This document shows, in pieces, positions 1 through 11,850 of a stretch of DNA of 54,743 bases. Every line of letters begins with the position of its first letter. The first letter of the stretch is position 1. The notes beneath the pieces are model-generated. The model saw only the letters and a list, made by a program, of their open reading frames with translations. It made no database searches and had not been told where the DNA came from. Source of the DNA: Acidimicrobiales bacterium (lineage in GTDB: Bacteria; Actinomycetota; Acidimicrobiia; Acidimicrobiales; RAAP-2); contig JBEKQN010000001.1 of NCBI GenBank assembly GCA_049519675.1, forward strand, positions 1-54,743. The letters are read 5' to 3'. The position numbers were made by a program, and so were the translations under genes.

Positions 1-609
1 GTCGAAGAGAAGTACGTGCGCCAGACCGGTGGTAAGGGTCAGTACGGCCACGTCGTGATCACCCTGGAGCCCACGGGCCCCGGTGGCGGCTACGAGTTCG
101 TCGACGAAATCACGGGTGGCGTCATTCCCAAGGAGTACATCCAGCCGGTCAACCAAGGCATCACCGAGGCACTCACCTCGGGCGTGCTGGCGGGCTACCC
201 CGTCGTCGACGTGCGCGTGCGCCTCACCTACGGTAGCTACCACGACGTCGACTCTTCAGAGATGGCCTTCAAGATCGCGGGCTCCATCGCGGTGAAGAAG
301 GCCGCCCGTCTGGCCAGTCCCGTGCTGCTCGAGCCGATCATGGCCGTTGAAGTGGTGACGCCCGAGGATTACATGGGTGACGTCATTGGTGACCTGTCAA
401 GTCGACGCGGCCGTGTCGAGGGCATGGAACAGAAGGGCAATAGTCAAGCAATCCGTGCCCTTGTGCCGTTGGCCGACATGTTCGGCTACGCTACTGACCT
501 GCGTTCTCGTACCCAAGGGCGCGCAACGTACAGCATGGAATTCAAATCGTACGCAGAGGTACCTGAGGCGATCGCGAAGGAGATCGTCGCCAAGGCCACC
601 GGTGCGTAA
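1..609 (+). CDS. fusA: Elongation factor G, C-terminal part (5' truncated by window)
   Basis: [25 protein letters not shown] and LRSRTQGRA motifs of EF-G domains IV-V; directly upstream of tuf. Confidence 0.98.
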   Translation, partial: VEEKYVRQTGGKGQYGHVVITLEPTGPGGGYEFVDEITGGVIPKEYIQPVNQGITEALTSGVLAGYPVVDVRVRLTYGSYHDVDSSEMAFKIAGSIAVKKAARLASPVLLEPIMAVEVVTPEDYMGDVIGDLSSRRGRVEGMEQKGNSQAIRALVPLADMFGYATDLRSRTQGRATYSMEFKSYAEVPEAIAKEIVAKATGA

Positions 610-720
610 GAAGCTGGGTAACCAGTAATAACACGGTCCAAACCGACGTCGGGGAGGACCAAAGAAACCCCGACGGGTCCGCAGTGGACCGGTCACTAGA
701 TAGAAAGTCAGTCCCCGACA

Positions 721-1908
<1,188 letters not shown>

Positions 1909-1914
1909 CTGGTC

Positions 1915-2238
1915 ATGGCCGACAACCGTCAAATGATCCGAATCCGGTTGAAGGCCTTCGACCACGGCATCTTGGACCAGTCCACCGCGAAGATCGTCCA
2001 AACGGTCGAGCGCACCAACGCTCGAGTGCAGGGTCCCGTGCCGCTGCCGACCGAGAAGCACCGTTACACGGTGGTTCGTGGTCCCCACAAGCACAAGGAC
2101 AGCCGCGAGCACTTCGAAATGCGCGTGCACAAGCGTCTTTTGGACATTGTGGACCACACCGCGAAGACCGTTGACTCGCTCCAGCGTCTCGACCTGCCCG
2201 CGGGCGTGGACATAGAGATCAAGATCCGCCAGAACTAA
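1915..2238 (+). CDS. rpsJ: 30S ribosomal protein S10
   Basis: [30 protein letters not shown]. Confidence 0.98.
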   Translation: MADNRQMIRIRLKAFDHGILDQSTAKIVQTVERTNARVQGPVPLPTEKHRYTVVRGPHKHKDSREHFEMRVHKRLLDIVDHTAKTVDSLQRLDLPAGVDIEIKIRQN

Positions 2239-2241
2239 CGG

Positions 2242-2276
2242 CTCGCCCGCCACCGCCTTTGCGCTGGCGGGGCGAG
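2242..2276 (+). terminator. GC-rich hairpin just after rpsJ (terminator-like, no U-tract)
   Basis: CTCGCCCGCCA..CGC-CTTT-GCG..TGGCGGGGCGAG imperfect inverted repeat 3 nt after the stop. Confidence 0.5.
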
Positions 2277-2470
2277 AAGGTGTACGCTAAGTAGCCCCTT
2301 CATTCATGTCGGGGCCGCCAAAATTCACGTTTTGGTGAACAACAGATGTGTTCAGTTGCCTCGAAAAGGAACGCTGAACCAACAAGTCGAGCGCTCCGTT
2401 CGGGTTTTGTGACCCGGCGGAGCGTCTGTGTGTCGGACATCCGACGCACGGGTTAGAGAGAGGGAAGCAC
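2259..2470 (+). promoter_or_regulatory. Putative promoter and structured 5' leader of rplC
   Basis: TTGCGC (2259-2264)-N18-TACGCT (2283-2288), followed by several stem-loops before the rplC GTG. Confidence 0.5.
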
Positions 2471-3130
2471 GTGGCGGCCAAAGCGATCGTCGGCGAGAAG
2501 GTGGGCATGACCCAAGTCTGGGATGACCAGAATCGGGCCATTCCAGTCACGGTGGTCCGTGTCAGTCCAGCGCGCGTCGTCCAGGTAAAGACCCCCGAAA
2601 AAGAGGGCTACAGCGCCGTGCAGGTGACGTGGGGCACGCGGCGTACGTCGACGCTGTCCAAGCCCGAGCTCGGACACTTCAACAAGGCCGGCGTCACGCC
2701 GGGCAAGAAATTGGTCGAGCTTCGTCTTGACGACGTCTCAGGATACGAAGTGGGCCAGGAGATTTTGGCCGACGTGCTCGAAAAAGGCGAGATGATCGAC
2801 GCCACGGCCGTTTCTAAGGGTAAGGGCTTCACCGGATCGATGAAGCGCCACAACTTTTCCGGTCAGGGCGCCGCACACGGTAACCACAAGCACCACCGTG
2901 CTCCAGGCTCCATCGGCGCCTGCGCCACGCCGGGGCGAGTCTTCAAAGGCACCAAGATGGCCGGTCGCACCGGCGGTGGTCAAGTCACCACCACCAACCT
3001 CGAAGTCATCGGCGTTGACGTCGAACGACACCTCGTGCTGGTTAAGGGCGCCGTGCCCGGCCCGCGCGGCGGCGTTGTTGTGCTGCGCACTTCGGTGAAG
3101 AACCCAATGAAGGCGGGAGGCCAACGATGA
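2471..3130 (+). CDS. rplC: 50S ribosomal protein L3
   Basis: GEKVGMTQVW, SKGKGFTG, HRAPGSIG, PGRVFKG. Confidence 0.98.
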   Translation: MAAKAIVGEKVGMTQVWDDQNRAIPVTVVRVSPARVVQVKTPEKEGYSAVQVTWGTRRTSTLSKPELGHFNKAGVTPGKKLVELRLDDVSGYEVGQEILADVLEKGEMIDATAVSKGKGFTGSMKRHNFSGQGAAHGNHKHHRAPGSIGACATPGRVFKGTKMAGRTGGGQVTTTNLEVIGVDVERHLVLVKGAVPGPRGGVVVLRTSVKNPMKAGGQR

Positions 3131-3807
3131 GCGAAGTCTTTACGTTGCGTGGTCCCATCAAGAAGGACCGTCCCGAGCCGACGAAGCGCTCACTGACGCG
3201 CACCAGCCTCGACGGCACGTCGTTGGGCACGGTGCAGCTCGAGCCCAGCATCTTCGGCATCGAGCCCAACATGGCCGTGCTGCACCAGGTCATCAAGGCC
3301 CAGCTCGCCGCGAAGCGTTCGGGCACCCAGTCCACCAAGACCCGTAAAGAGGTCAGCGGTGGCGGCAAGAAGCCCTTTAACCAGAAGGGGACCGGTGGCG
3401 CGCGTCAGGGGACCATCCGTGCGCCGCACTACCCCGGCGGTGGCATTGCCCTAGGGCCCAAGCCGCGCAAGTACGACCAGAAGACGCCCAAGAAGATGAT
3501 TCGCCTGGCGCTGTACTCCGCCCTGTCGGACCGCGCGAGTTTGGAGCGAATCGCGCTCATCGACAACTTTGCGAGTTGGACCGAGCCCAAGACCAAGACG
3601 GCGGTCTCCGCCCTCTCGACGTTGGGCCTCGACGGCAAGGTCCTCGTGGTCTTATCGCGCGACGATCAGGTCGCCAATCAATCATTCAACAACTTGGACT
3701 ACGTGAAGACCATCGACGCTGGCGAGATCAACGCCTACGACGTCTTGGACGCCGACTGGATCCTCTTCACCGACGCCACCTTGCCCGTGGCAAAGGAGAA
3801 CAGCTGA
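3127..3807 (+). CDS. rplD: 50S ribosomal protein L4
   Basis: GTQSTKTRKEVSGGGKKPFNQKGTGGARQG. Confidence 0.97.
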   Translation: MSEVFTLRGPIKKDRPEPTKRSLTRTSLDGTSLGTVQLEPSIFGIEPNMAVLHQVIKAQLAAKRSGTQSTKTRKEVSGGGKKPFNQKGTGGARQGTIRAPHYPGGGIALGPKPRKYDQKTPKKMIRLALYSALSDRASLERIALIDNFASWTEPKTKTAVSALSTLGLDGKVLVVLSRDDQVANQSFNNLDYVKTIDAGEINAYDVLDADWILFTDATLPVAKENS

Positions 3808-4097
3808 TGCGCGACGCCATGAGCATTCTGATCCGCCCGGTGGTCTCGGAAAAGACCTACGCCCTCATGGACAACCACACCTACGTCTTCGTGGTTGACC
3901 CGGCGGCGACCAAGATCGACGTGCGCAACGCCGTCGAGCAGGCCTTCAACGTCAAGGTCATCAAGGTCAACACTCTCAACCGCAAGGGTAAGTCGACGCG
4001 CAATCGTCGCACCGGAGTCACGGGCACCCGTCCCGGCTCAAAGCGGGCCATCGTCACCCTCAAGCAGGGCGACTCGATCAACCTCTTCGAGAACTAA
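3807..4097 (+). CDS. rplW: 50S ribosomal protein L23
   Basis: ATG in TGATG overlap with rplD; [26 protein letters not shown]. Confidence 0.96.
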   Translation: MRDAMSILIRPVVSEKTYALMDNHTYVFVVDPAATKIDVRNAVEQAFNVKVIKVNTLNRKGKSTRNRRTGVTGTRPGSKRAIVTLKQGDSINLFEN

Positions 4098-4105
4098 GGA
4101 CAGGT

Positions 4106-4939
4106 ATGGCACTGCGTCATCGCAAACCCACTAGCCCCGGTCGCCGGTTCCAAATGGTCTCGGACTTCGCCGAGCTCACCAAGGACACGCCGGAGAAGTC
4201 GCTGCTGGCGCCCAAGCCCAAGACGGGTGGGCGTAACAACTACGGCCGCAAGACCTCGCGACACCGCGGCGGCGGTCACAAGCAGCAGTACCGCATCATT
4301 GACTTCAAGCGCAACAAGGACAGCGTGCCCGCGAAGGTCGCGGCCATTGAGTACGACCCGAACCGCACGTGCCGCATTGCGTTGCTGCACTACGTCGACG
4401 GCGAAAAGCGCTACATCCTGGCCCCCAACGGTCTCAAGGTCGGTGACGTCGTTGAGTCTGGCCCCAAGGCCAACATCCGCACCGGCAACGCGCTGCCCAT
4501 GCGATTCATTCCCACCGGTTCAACGGTGCATAACGTCGAGCTTCGCCCCGGTGGCGGCGGCAAGATGGCCCGCAGCGCCGGCATGAGCGTCCAGCTCGTG
4601 GCCAAGGACGGCGGGTACGCCACACTTCGCCTGCCCTCGACCGAGATGCGCCGCGTGCCGATTGACTGTCGCGCGACGCTCGGCATCGTGGGTAACTCCG
4701 AGCACGAACTGATCAAGGTCGGTAAGGCCGGTCGCAGCCGCTGGAAGGGCATTCGTCCCCAGACCCGCGGCGTCGCGATGAACCCGGTCGACCACCCGCT
4801 CGGTGGTGGAGAAGGCAAGACCTCCGGTGGTCGCCACCCGGTCTCCCCCTGGGGTCAGCCAGAAGGTCGTACGCGTCTGCCAAAGCAGTCGGACGCGCTC
4901 ATTATTCGTCGCCGCCGTGGACGCGGCGCGCGGAGGTAG
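4106..4939 (+). CDS. rplB: 50S ribosomal protein L2
   Basis: [31 protein letters not shown]. Confidence 0.99.
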   Translation: MALRHRKPTSPGRRFQMVSDFAELTKDTPEKSLLAPKPKTGGRNNYGRKTSRHRGGGHKQQYRIIDFKRNKDSVPAKVAAIEYDPNRTCRIALLHYVDGEKRYILAPNGLKVGDVVESGPKANIRTGNALPMRFIPTGSTVHNVELRPGGGGKMARSAGMSVQLVAKDGGYATLRLPSTEMRRVPIDCRATLGIVGNSEHELIKVGKAGRSRWKGIRPQTRGVAMNPVDHPLGGGEGKTSGGRHPVSPWGQPEGRTRLPKQSDALIIRRRRGRGARR

Positions 4940-4946
4940 GTAGAGA

Positions 4947-5225
4947 ATGTCACGCAGCCTAAAAAAGGGTCCCTTCATCGACGCGCACCTCTTGAAGAAG
5001 GTGGACGCCATGAACGCGGCCAACGAGAAGAAGGTCATCAAGACCTGGAGCCGTCGCTCGACGGTGATCCCCGACATGGTCGGACACACCTTCGCCGTGC
5101 ACGACGGACGCCGTCACGTGCCGGTATTTTGCAACGAGTCAATGGTGGGCCACAAATTGGGCGAATTTGCGCCCACGCGCACCTTCCGCTTCCACGCGGG
5201 ACAAGAGAAGACGGGTAAGCGCTGA
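4947..5225 (+). CDS. rpsS: 30S ribosomal protein S19
   Basis: [29 protein letters not shown]. Confidence 0.99.
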   Translation: MSRSLKKGPFIDAHLLKKVDAMNAANEKKVIKTWSRRSTVIPDMVGHTFAVHDGRRHVPVFCNESMVGHKLGEFAPTRTFRFHAGQEKTGKR

Positions 5226-5962
5226 TGACCGGTCCCAAGACCAACGAACGCCCGGGAACCCGCGCTACGCTGCGCGGCTACCACATGTCCGCGAGCAAGG
5301 CCCGCGTGGTGCTCAACCTCATCCGCAATGAGGACGTGACCACGGCCCGCGAGATCCTGGCCGACACCTCTCGCGAAGCGGCCGACGTCATTGGCAAGGT
5401 CCTGGCGTCAGCAGTCGCCAACGCGGTGACCAACGACGGGATGAACGCCGAAGAGCTCTTTGTCTCGGCGGCCTTCGCCGACGAGGGCGTCACCATGAAG
5501 CGATTCACCCCGCGCGCCCGTGGACGGGCCGGCAAGATCTTGAAGCGCTCCTGCCACATCACCGTGATCGTGTCGCGTCTTCCCGAAGAGCGTCTCGAGG
5601 TACTGCGTTCGGCGCGTACCGCGCAGGCCGCCGTCTCGCGGACCCGTCGTGTGGCGTCGTCGAGGCGCCGCGCCGACCAGCAGGCCAGCCTCAACAAGCG
5701 CGAGACCGCGGCCGATGAGGCCGCCGCCTTGGAAGCGGAGAACGAGGCAGTCGAGACCGACGTGTTCGGGACCGAAGCCTTCGAGACTGACGAATCAACC
5801 AATGAGACCGAGGCCGGCGTCGATGAGACCGAGGCCGTCGACACCGAGAGCGAGAACGACAACGTGAGCGAAGCAGTAGTTGAGGACACCAGCGAGGCCG
5901 CGGTCGAGGAACCGTCCGGCGACGAGACTGCGTCCGATGAGACCACCGAGGAGACGAACTAA
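5225..5962 (+). CDS. rplV: 50S ribosomal protein L22 with long C-terminal extension
   Basis: [26 protein letters not shown] core in the first ~118 aa; 245 aa in total. Confidence 0.96.
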   Translation: MTGPKTNERPGTRATLRGYHMSASKARVVLNLIRNEDVTTAREILADTSREAADVIGKVLASAVANAVTNDGMNAEELFVSAAFADEGVTMKRFTPRARGRAGKILKRSCHITVIVSRLPEERLEVLRSARTAQAAVSRTRRVASSRRRADQQASLNKRETAADEAAALEAENEAVETDVFGTEAFETDESTNETEAGVDETEAVDTESENDNVSEAVVEDTSEAAVEEPSGDETASDETTEETN

Positions 5963-6909
5963 TGGGTCAGAAGGTAAATCCCTACGGTTTCCGCCTCGGC
6001 ATCACGACCGACTGGAAGTCGCGCTGGTTTAAGGAGCGCGGCTACAAGGACCTCGTCATCGAGGACTGGAAGATTCGCGACTACCTCACCAAGCAGCTTG
6101 AGAGCGCGGCGGTCAGCCGCATCGAGATTGAGCGCAGCTCGGACCGCGTGCGCGTGGACATCCACACCGCTCGCCCGGGCATCGTCATTGGCCGACGCGG
6201 CGCCGAAGCCGAGCGCTTGAAGAAGGACCTAGAGAAGATCACGGGCCAGAAGAACAAGATTTCGCTCAACATCCAAGAGATCAAGCAGCCCGAACTCGAC
6301 GCGGCACTCATTGCCCAAGGAATCTGTGACCAGTTGCTGCGACGCGTGGCCTTTCGCCGCGCGATGAAGCGTGGCATCCAGACCGTGCAGAAGGCGGGCG
6401 CCCTGGGCGTGCGCATCCAGGCCTCGGGCCGTCTCGGTGGCGCCGAAATGTCGCGCCGTGAGTCGTACCGCGAGGGCCGCGTGCCGCTGCACACCTTGCG
6501 CGCTGACATCGACTACGGATTCCGTGAGGCTCGCACCTCGACGGGCCGCATTGGCGTGAAGGTGTGGATCTACAAGGGCGACATCCTGCCCTATCAGTTG
6601 ACCAACGACGAGAAGATCGTTCGCGAGGCCGCGATGGCGGCCGGCGACGCCGTGCCGGTAGCGGGCGCCACGCAAGTGGGCGCCACTGCCCCCAAGGGTG
6701 TGGTGCGCGCCGGTGGTGGACGCCGCCGCGTCGAGGCCGAGCCGGTTGTTGAAGATGTGGTCGAAGAGTCCGTCATTGACGTGTCGCCGGCCGACCTGTT
6801 GGCCGCCAGCGCCGAGGTCGAAGCCCAGTTGAGCGTCGAAGAAGAGATCGAGCGCCGCACCGGTCAGGACCATGTTGACGCTCCGCACTTTCGGAAGGAC
6901 GCAGAGTAA
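5962..6909 (+). CDS. rpsC: 30S ribosomal protein S3 with C-terminal extension
   Basis: [43 protein letters not shown]. Confidence 0.98.
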   Translation: MGQKVNPYGFRLGITTDWKSRWFKERGYKDLVIEDWKIRDYLTKQLESAAVSRIEIERSSDRVRVDIHTARPGIVIGRRGAEAERLKKDLEKITGQKNKISLNIQEIKQPELDAALIAQGICDQLLRRVAFRRAMKRGIQTVQKAGALGVRIQASGRLGGAEMSRRESYREGRVPLHTLRADIDYGFREARTSTGRIGVKVWIYKGDILPYQLTNDEKIVREAAMAAGDAVPVAGATQVGATAPKGVVRAGGGRRRVEAEPVVEDVVEESVIDVSPADLLAASAEVEAQLSVEEEIERRTGQDHVDAPHFRKDAE

Positions 6910-6911
6910 TC

Positions 6912-7349
6912 ATGTTGATGCCCCGCAAGGTAAAGCACCGTAAGCAGCACCGAGGTCGCATGGCTGGAAAAGCCAAGGGCGGCGTCGACCTGTCCTTCGG
7001 CGACTTCGGTATCCAGGCCCTCGAGGCCGGGTGGATCACCGCACGACAAATTGAAGCGGCCCGTATTGCCATGACCCGTCACGTCAAGCGCGGCGGCAAG
7101 GTCTGGATCCGAATTTTCCCCGACAAGCCCGTCACCCAGAAGCCCGCCGAAACTCGCATGGGCTCGGGTAAGGGCAACCCTGAATTCTGGGTGGCCGTGG
7201 TCAAGCCCGGGCGCATCATGTTTGAACTTGGTGGCGTCGACGAGACCCTGGCGCGCGCCGCCATGGAACGGGCCATCCAAAAGTTGCCGATCAAGGCGAA
7301 GTTCGTCATTCGCCCCGGCACTCACGGCACCCCGGAGGTAGTTGTCTAA
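6912..7349 (+). CDS. rplP: 50S ribosomal protein L16
   Basis: [26 protein letters not shown]. Confidence 0.99.
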   Translation: MLMPRKVKHRKQHRGRMAGKAKGGVDLSFGDFGIQALEAGWITARQIEAARIAMTRHVKRGGKVWIRIFPDKPVTQKPAETRMGSGKGNPEFWVAVVKPGRIMFELGGVDETLARAAMERAIQKLPIKAKFVIRPGTHGTPEVVV

Positions 7350-7582
7350 TGGTCAAGACCAAAGAACACGTCGCGGAAATGCGCCTGCTCGGTGACGCGG
7401 AGCTGTTAGAGCGCATGAGCGAGACCCGTCGCGAGCTCTTTAACCTGCGCTTCCAACTGGCGACCGGTCAGCTCGATAACTCGTCGCGCCTCGGATCGGT
7501 GCGCCGCGACATTGCCCGCCTCGCCACTTTTCTGCGCGAGCGTGAGATTGCGGCTGCTGAAGCCGCCGAAGAAGGTGAGTAG
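7349..7582 (+). CDS. rpmC: 50S ribosomal protein L29
   Basis: [21 protein letters not shown]. Confidence 0.97.
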   Translation: MVKTKEHVAEMRLLGDAELLERMSETRRELFNLRFQLATGQLDNSSRLGSVRRDIARLATFLREREIAAAEAAEEGE

Positions 7583-7584
7583 TC

Positions 7585-7860
7585 ATGACTGACTCGACGA
7601 ACGAAGTGCGCGAGAATCCCCGCAAGGTCCGTGAGGGCATCGTGGTCTCGGACAAGATGAACTCGACGCTGGTCGTCGCGGTGAACGAACGGGTGAGCCA
7701 CCCGCGCTACGGCAAGACCGTCCAGCGCACCAAGAAGCTCTACGTGCATGACGAAAAGAACGAAGCCAAGATTGGCGACCGCGTACGGGTCCAGGAGACC
7801 CGTCCACTGTCGAAGTTGAAGCGGTGGCGCCTGACCGAAATTGTGGAGCGTGCGCGATGA
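7585..7860 (+). CDS. rpsQ: 30S ribosomal protein S17
   Basis: [25 protein letters not shown]. Confidence 0.98.
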   Translation: MTDSTNEVRENPRKVREGIVVSDKMNSTLVVAVNERVSHPRYGKTVQRTKKLYVHDEKNEAKIGDRVRVQETRPLSKLKRWRLTEIVERAR

Positions 7861-8225
7861 TTCAGCAAGAGTCTCGTCTTAAGGTCGCCGACAACAGCGG
7901 GGCGAAGGAAGTGCTGTGCATTCGCGTGCTCGGTGGGTCCCGCCGTCGCTACGCCTCCATAGGCGACGTCTTCATCGCGACGGTCAAGGACGCGATTCCT
8001 GGCGCCGCCGTGAAGAAGGGTGACGTCGTGCGCTGCGTGGTTGTGCGCACGGCCAAAGAGAAGCGTCGGCCAGACGGTTCTTACATCAAGTTCGACGAGA
8101 ACGCCGCCGTGCTGATCAACGATCAGCTACAACCGCGCGGCACCCGAATCTTCGGGCCCGTCGGACGTGAACTGCGCGACAAGAAGTTCATGCGCATAAT
8201 TTCGCTCGCACCGGAGGTGCTGTAA
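7857..8225 (+). CDS. rplN: 50S ribosomal protein L14
   Basis: ATG at 7857 (ATGA overlap); [32 protein letters not shown]. Confidence 0.98.
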   Translation: MIQQESRLKVADNSGAKEVLCIRVLGGSRRRYASIGDVFIATVKDAIPGAAVKKGDVVRCVVVRTAKEKRRPDGSYIKFDENAAVLINDQLQPRGTRIFGPVGRELRDKKFMRIISLAPEVL

Positions 8226-8533
8226 TGAAAATTCGTAAGGGTGACGACGTGCTCGTGCTCTCGGGCAAGTTCCGCGGCGAGCGGGCCGAAGTGATCGAGG
8301 CGCTGCCCGGTCCACAGAAAGTGATTCTCGACGGGCTGAACGTGTCCAAGCGAGCCACCAAGCAGACCGGCGCCACCATGCAGGCGGGCATCATCGACAA
8401 GTTCATGCCGCTGCACGTGTCCAACGTGGCGTTGTGGTGCCCCGGCCACAAGGGACCGGCCAAGATCGGAATCGGCCATACCGACGACGGCGTGAAGGTA
8501 CGCGTCTGTCGCAAGTGCGGAGAGACATTATGA
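8225..8533 (+). CDS. rplX: 50S ribosomal protein L24
   Basis: KOW motif [18 protein letters not shown]. Confidence 0.97.
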   Translation: MKIRKGDDVLVLSGKFRGERAEVIEALPGPQKVILDGLNVSKRATKQTGATMQAGIIDKFMPLHVSNVALWCPGHKGPAKIGIGHTDDGVKVRVCRKCGETL

Positions 8534-9093
8534 GCACGGCACTACGTCCGCGTTTGAAGGTCCGCTACGACCAGGAGGTCCGTCAGGCCCTCAAGGAAGA
8601 ACTCGGCCTCGACAACATCATGCAGGTGCCGCGACTGTCCAAGATCGTGCTCAACTCGGGCGTGGGACGCGCGACCCAGCAGGTCTCGCTGCTCGAAGGT
8701 GCCCAGCGCGACTTAGAGAAGATCACCGGTCAAAAGCCGATCGTGACACGGGCCAAGAAGTCCATTGCCAGTTTCAAGTTGCGTGAGGAGCAGGCCATTG
8801 GCACGAAGGTAACCTTGCGCGGCGACCGCGCGTGGGAATTCTTCGACCGCCTCTTAAGCCTCGCGATTCCGCGTATCCGTGACTTCCGTGGCCTGTCGCC
8901 GCATTCGTTTGACGGACACGGCAACTACACCTTTGGCATCAACGACCAGTTGATCTTCCCCGAGATTGACTACGACAAGATCGACGCGCCGCGTGGTTTC
9001 GACATCACCATCGTCACCACGGCCGCGAACGACGAGCAGGGTCGCGCATTCTTGCGCGCTTACGGCTTCCCCTTCAAGCAGGAGAATCGATAG
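8530..9093 (+). CDS. rplE: 50S ribosomal protein L5
   Basis: ATG at 8530; [28 protein letters not shown]. Confidence 0.98.
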   Translation: MSTALRPRLKVRYDQEVRQALKEELGLDNIMQVPRLSKIVLNSGVGRATQQVSLLEGAQRDLEKITGQKPIVTRAKKSIASFKLREEQAIGTKVTLRGDRAWEFFDRLLSLAIPRIRDFRGLSPHSFDGHGNYTFGINDQLIFPEIDYDKIDAPRGFDITIVTTAANDEQGRAFLRAYGFPFKQENR

Positions 9094-9095
9094 AT

Positions 9096-9281
9096 ATGGC
9101 GAAGAAAGCTCTTCGAATCAAGCAGCAGAAGACCCCGAAGTTCTCCACGCGTGCGTACACGCGCTGTGAGCGCTGCGGACGTCCACGCTCCGTGTACCGC
9201 AAGTTCGGCCTCTGTCGAATCTGCCTGCGCGTGATGGTGCACGCCGGTGAAGTCCCCGGCGTGACCAAGGCGAGTTGGTAG
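9096..9281 (+). CDS. rpsN: 30S ribosomal protein S14, zinc-binding (type Z)
   Basis: 61 aa; CERC...CRIC zinc motif; GVTKASW. Confidence 0.97.
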   Translation: MAKKALRIKQQKTPKFSTRAYTRCERCGRPRSVYRKFGLCRICLRVMVHAGEVPGVTKASW

Positions 9282-9289
9282 GAGACGTT

Positions 9290-9694
9290 ATGACAATGAC
9301 CGACCCCATCGCCGACATGCTCACGCGCATTCGCAACGCGAATGCCGCGATGTTCGACAGCGTCAAGATGCCCAGTTCGAAGCTCAAGGAAAGCCTCGCG
9401 AAGGTCCTCGAGCGCGAGGGCTTCATCGCGAGCTACACCGTCACGAAAGTCGACGGCAAGCCAGCGCCCACGCTCGAAATCAACCTCAAGTACTCCGAGG
9501 ACCGAAAGAAGACCATCGTGGGCATCAAGCGAGTGTCCAAGCCCGGTCTTCGGATCTACAAGAAGTCCGACCAGATGCCCAAGGTATTGGGTGGCGTGGG
9601 CGTGGCCGTTGTCTCAACGAGTCACGGTCTGATGACCGACCGCGAAGCGCGCAAGGCCAAGCTCGGCGGCGAGGTGCTCTGTTATGTCTGGTAA
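9290..9694 (+). CDS. rpsH: 30S ribosomal protein S8
   Basis: GGAG SD then ATG 9290; [29 protein letters not shown]. Confidence 0.98.
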   Translation: MTMTDPIADMLTRIRNANAAMFDSVKMPSSKLKESLAKVLEREGFIASYTVTKVDGKPAPTLEINLKYSEDRKKTIVGIKRVSKPGLRIYKKSDQMPKVLGGVGVAVVSTSHGLMTDREARKAKLGGEVLCYVW

Positions 9695-9724
9695 CCGGCC
9701 CACGAATTTCTCGGAGGTTCGCTA

Positions 9725-10264
9725 ATGTCGCGAATTGGTCGTAACCCGATCACCGTGCCCTCGACGGTCACCGTCGACGTGGCCGAGAACGTCGTGACGG
9801 TCAAGGGCCCCAACGGGACCATGCACCGCACGCTGCCCGACGGCATCACGATCTCTCGAGAGGGCGACGTGCTCAGTGTCGAGCGACTCAACGACGAGAC
9901 GATGTACCGCGCACTGCACGGACTGACGCGCACGCTGGTGTCGAACATGGTCGTCGGCGTGACCGACGGCTGGTCCAAGGAACTCGAGATCATTGGCGTG
10001 GGCTATCGCGCCGCCGCCGGTGCGCCGGGCGTACTTGACCTGGCACTGGGTTTTTCACACCCCGTGAAGTTCACCGCTCCCGAGGGCATCACCTTTGAGG
10101 TGCCCGCGGCGACGCGCGTGATCGTCAAGGGTGCCGACAAGGAAGTCGTGGGCCAGGTGGCCGCGTCGATCCGCAAATTACGTAAGCCCGAGCCCTACAA
10201 GGGCAAGGGTGTGCGCTACCTCGGAGAACGAGTGGCGCGCAAGGCAGGAAAGGCGGCGAAGTAA
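9725..10264 (+). CDS. rplF: 50S ribosomal protein L6
   Basis: [28 protein letters not shown]. Confidence 0.99.
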   Translation: MSRIGRNPITVPSTVTVDVAENVVTVKGPNGTMHRTLPDGITISREGDVLSVERLNDETMYRALHGLTRTLVSNMVVGVTDGWSKELEIIGVGYRAAAGAPGVLDLALGFSHPVKFTAPEGITFEVPAATRVIVKGADKEVVGQVAASIRKLRKPEPYKGKGVRYLGERVARKAGKAAK

Positions 10265-10620
10265 TGGCACGCACCACCCACGAACTGCGTAAGCGTCGTC
10301 ACGCTCGTATCCGTCGTCGCCTCAGCGGCACGCCGGACCGACCCCGTGTCGCGGTTAATCGCAGCAACAAGCACATCTCGGCGCAGATCATCGACGACGT
10401 GAACGGCCGCACCCTGGCCGCCGCCTCGTCGGTCGAGGCCCAACTCAAAGGCACGAGCGGTGGCAACATCGAGGGCGCCAAGGCCGTCGCCGGACTACTC
10501 GCGCAGCGCGCCCAGGACGCCAAGATCACCAAGGTCGTCTTCGACCGCGGGGGTTTTGACTACCACGGTCGCGTCGCGGCATTTGCGGACACCTTGCGTG
10601 CCGCCGGACTGGAGTTTTAA
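10264..10620 (+). CDS. rplR: 50S ribosomal protein L18
   Basis: [26 protein letters not shown]. Confidence 0.98.
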   Translation: MARTTHELRKRRHARIRRRLSGTPDRPRVAVNRSNKHISAQIIDDVNGRTLAAASSVEAQLKGTSGGNIEGAKAVAGLLAQRAQDAKITKVVFDRGGFDYHGRVAAFADTLRAAGLEF

Positions 10621-11171
10621 TGACTGACTTAGAGCAGTACGAAGAGCGGACCATCAAGGTCAACCGCGTGTCCAAGGTCGTGAAGGGTGGACGTCGTTTC
10701 TCGTTCACCGCGCTCATGGTCATTGGCGACGGTAACGGCAAGGTCGGCCTCGGTTACGGCAAGGCCAAGGAGGCCGGGCTCGCGGTGCAGAAGGGCATCG
10801 AAGAGGCTCGCAAGAACCTCTTCGATGTGCCGCTCGCGGGTACGACCATCATCTACCCCGTGTTGGGCTCTTCGGGAGCCGGACGCGTGCTGATGAAGCC
10901 GGCCGCACCCGGTACCGGCGTGATTGCCGGTGGCGCCGCACGTGCCATCCTCGAAATGGCCGGCGTCAAGGACATCATCGCCAAGTCGTTGGGTTCGTCC
11001 AACGGCATCAACGTGGCCCACGCCACGATTGAGGGCTTGAAGCAGTTGCGCCGCCCCGAGGAGATCGCCGCATTGCGCGACAAGGCCGCCGACCACGTCA
11101 TTCCCTCGGGCACGCTTCGTGCCTACCGCGAACGCCAGCGCGAGGGCGACCTCTTTAAGACGGAGGGCTGA
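10620..11171 (+). CDS. rpsE: 30S ribosomal protein S5
   Basis: [27 protein letters not shown]. Confidence 0.98.
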   Translation: MTDLEQYEERTIKVNRVSKVVKGGRRFSFTALMVIGDGNGKVGLGYGKAKEAGLAVQKGIEEARKNLFDVPLAGTTIIYPVLGSSGAGRVLMKPAAPGTGVIAGGAARAILEMAGVKDIIAKSLGSSNGINVAHATIEGLKQLRRPEEIAALRDKAADHVIPSGTLRAYRERQREGDLFKTEG

Positions 11172-11173
11172 GC

Positions 11174-11356
11174 ATGACACAACTTAAAGTCACCCAGACT
11201 CGCTCGGCGATCGCGACCAAGCCCAAGCACCGCGCGACCCTGCGCGCGCTGGGTCTGCGCGGAATTGGCCAGTCGAACGTGCTGCCCGACCGACCCGAAA
11301 TTCACGGGATGATCGCGCGCGTGCCGCACCTGATCAAAGTAGAAGAGGTCAAATAA
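11174..11356 (+). CDS. rpmD: 50S ribosomal protein L30
   Basis: LKVTQTRSAI, TLRALGL; position between rpsE and rplO. Confidence 0.96.
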   Translation: MTQLKVTQTRSAIATKPKHRATLRALGLRGIGQSNVLPDRPEIHGMIARVPHLIKVEEVK

Positions 11357-11841
11357 TGAAGCTGCACGATCTCAAATCGCCTGAAGGCTCGACGCACCGC
11401 AAAAAAATCGTCGGTCGCGGCATTGGCGGTAAGGGTGGCAAGACCGCCGGACGTGGCACCAAGGGCCAGAAGGCCCGGCGCACCATTCCCGCCGGTTTCG
11501 AGGGCGGCCAGTTGCCGCTGCTCCAGCGCATTCCCAAGATGAAGGGTTTCACGAACCCCTTCCGCGTGGAGTACACGCCGGTGAACCTCGACGCGCTCGA
11601 GGCCTTGGGCGTCAGTGACGTCACGTTCGACGTGCTCGTGAGCCGGGGCCTCGTGGGCAAGAAGGACCTGGTGAAGATTCTGGGCCGCGGCACGTTAAGC
11701 ACCAAGCTCAACGTCTCGGCGCACGGTTTCTCGGAGTCGGCCAAGGCCGCCATCGAGGCCGCTGGCGGCACGGCGACGGTGCTCGACAAGCCCTTCGCCG
11801 TTCGTCCTCCTGCGTCGGGCAACCAGCACCAGAACCGCTAG
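11356..11841 (+). CDS. rplO: 50S ribosomal protein L15
   Basis: GRGIGGKGGKTAGRGTKGQKAR, FEGGQLP. Confidence 0.98.
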   Translation: MKLHDLKSPEGSTHRKKIVGRGIGGKGGKTAGRGTKGQKARRTIPAGFEGGQLPLLQRIPKMKGFTNPFRVEYTPVNLDALEALGVSDVTFDVLVSRGLVGKKDLVKILGRGTLSTKLNVSAHGFSESAKAAIEAAGGTATVLDKPFAVRPPASGNQHQNR

Positions 11842-11850
11842 GGCTGAACC

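Noticed and set aside
3576-3806. ORF-track N-terminal extensions (rplW 3576, rplE 8434, udg 26504, sucC 51912, sensor kinase 16443, devR 15242)
   Set aside because: They overlap upstream genes and lack family similarity; downstream starts fit homolog lengths and stop-start overlaps
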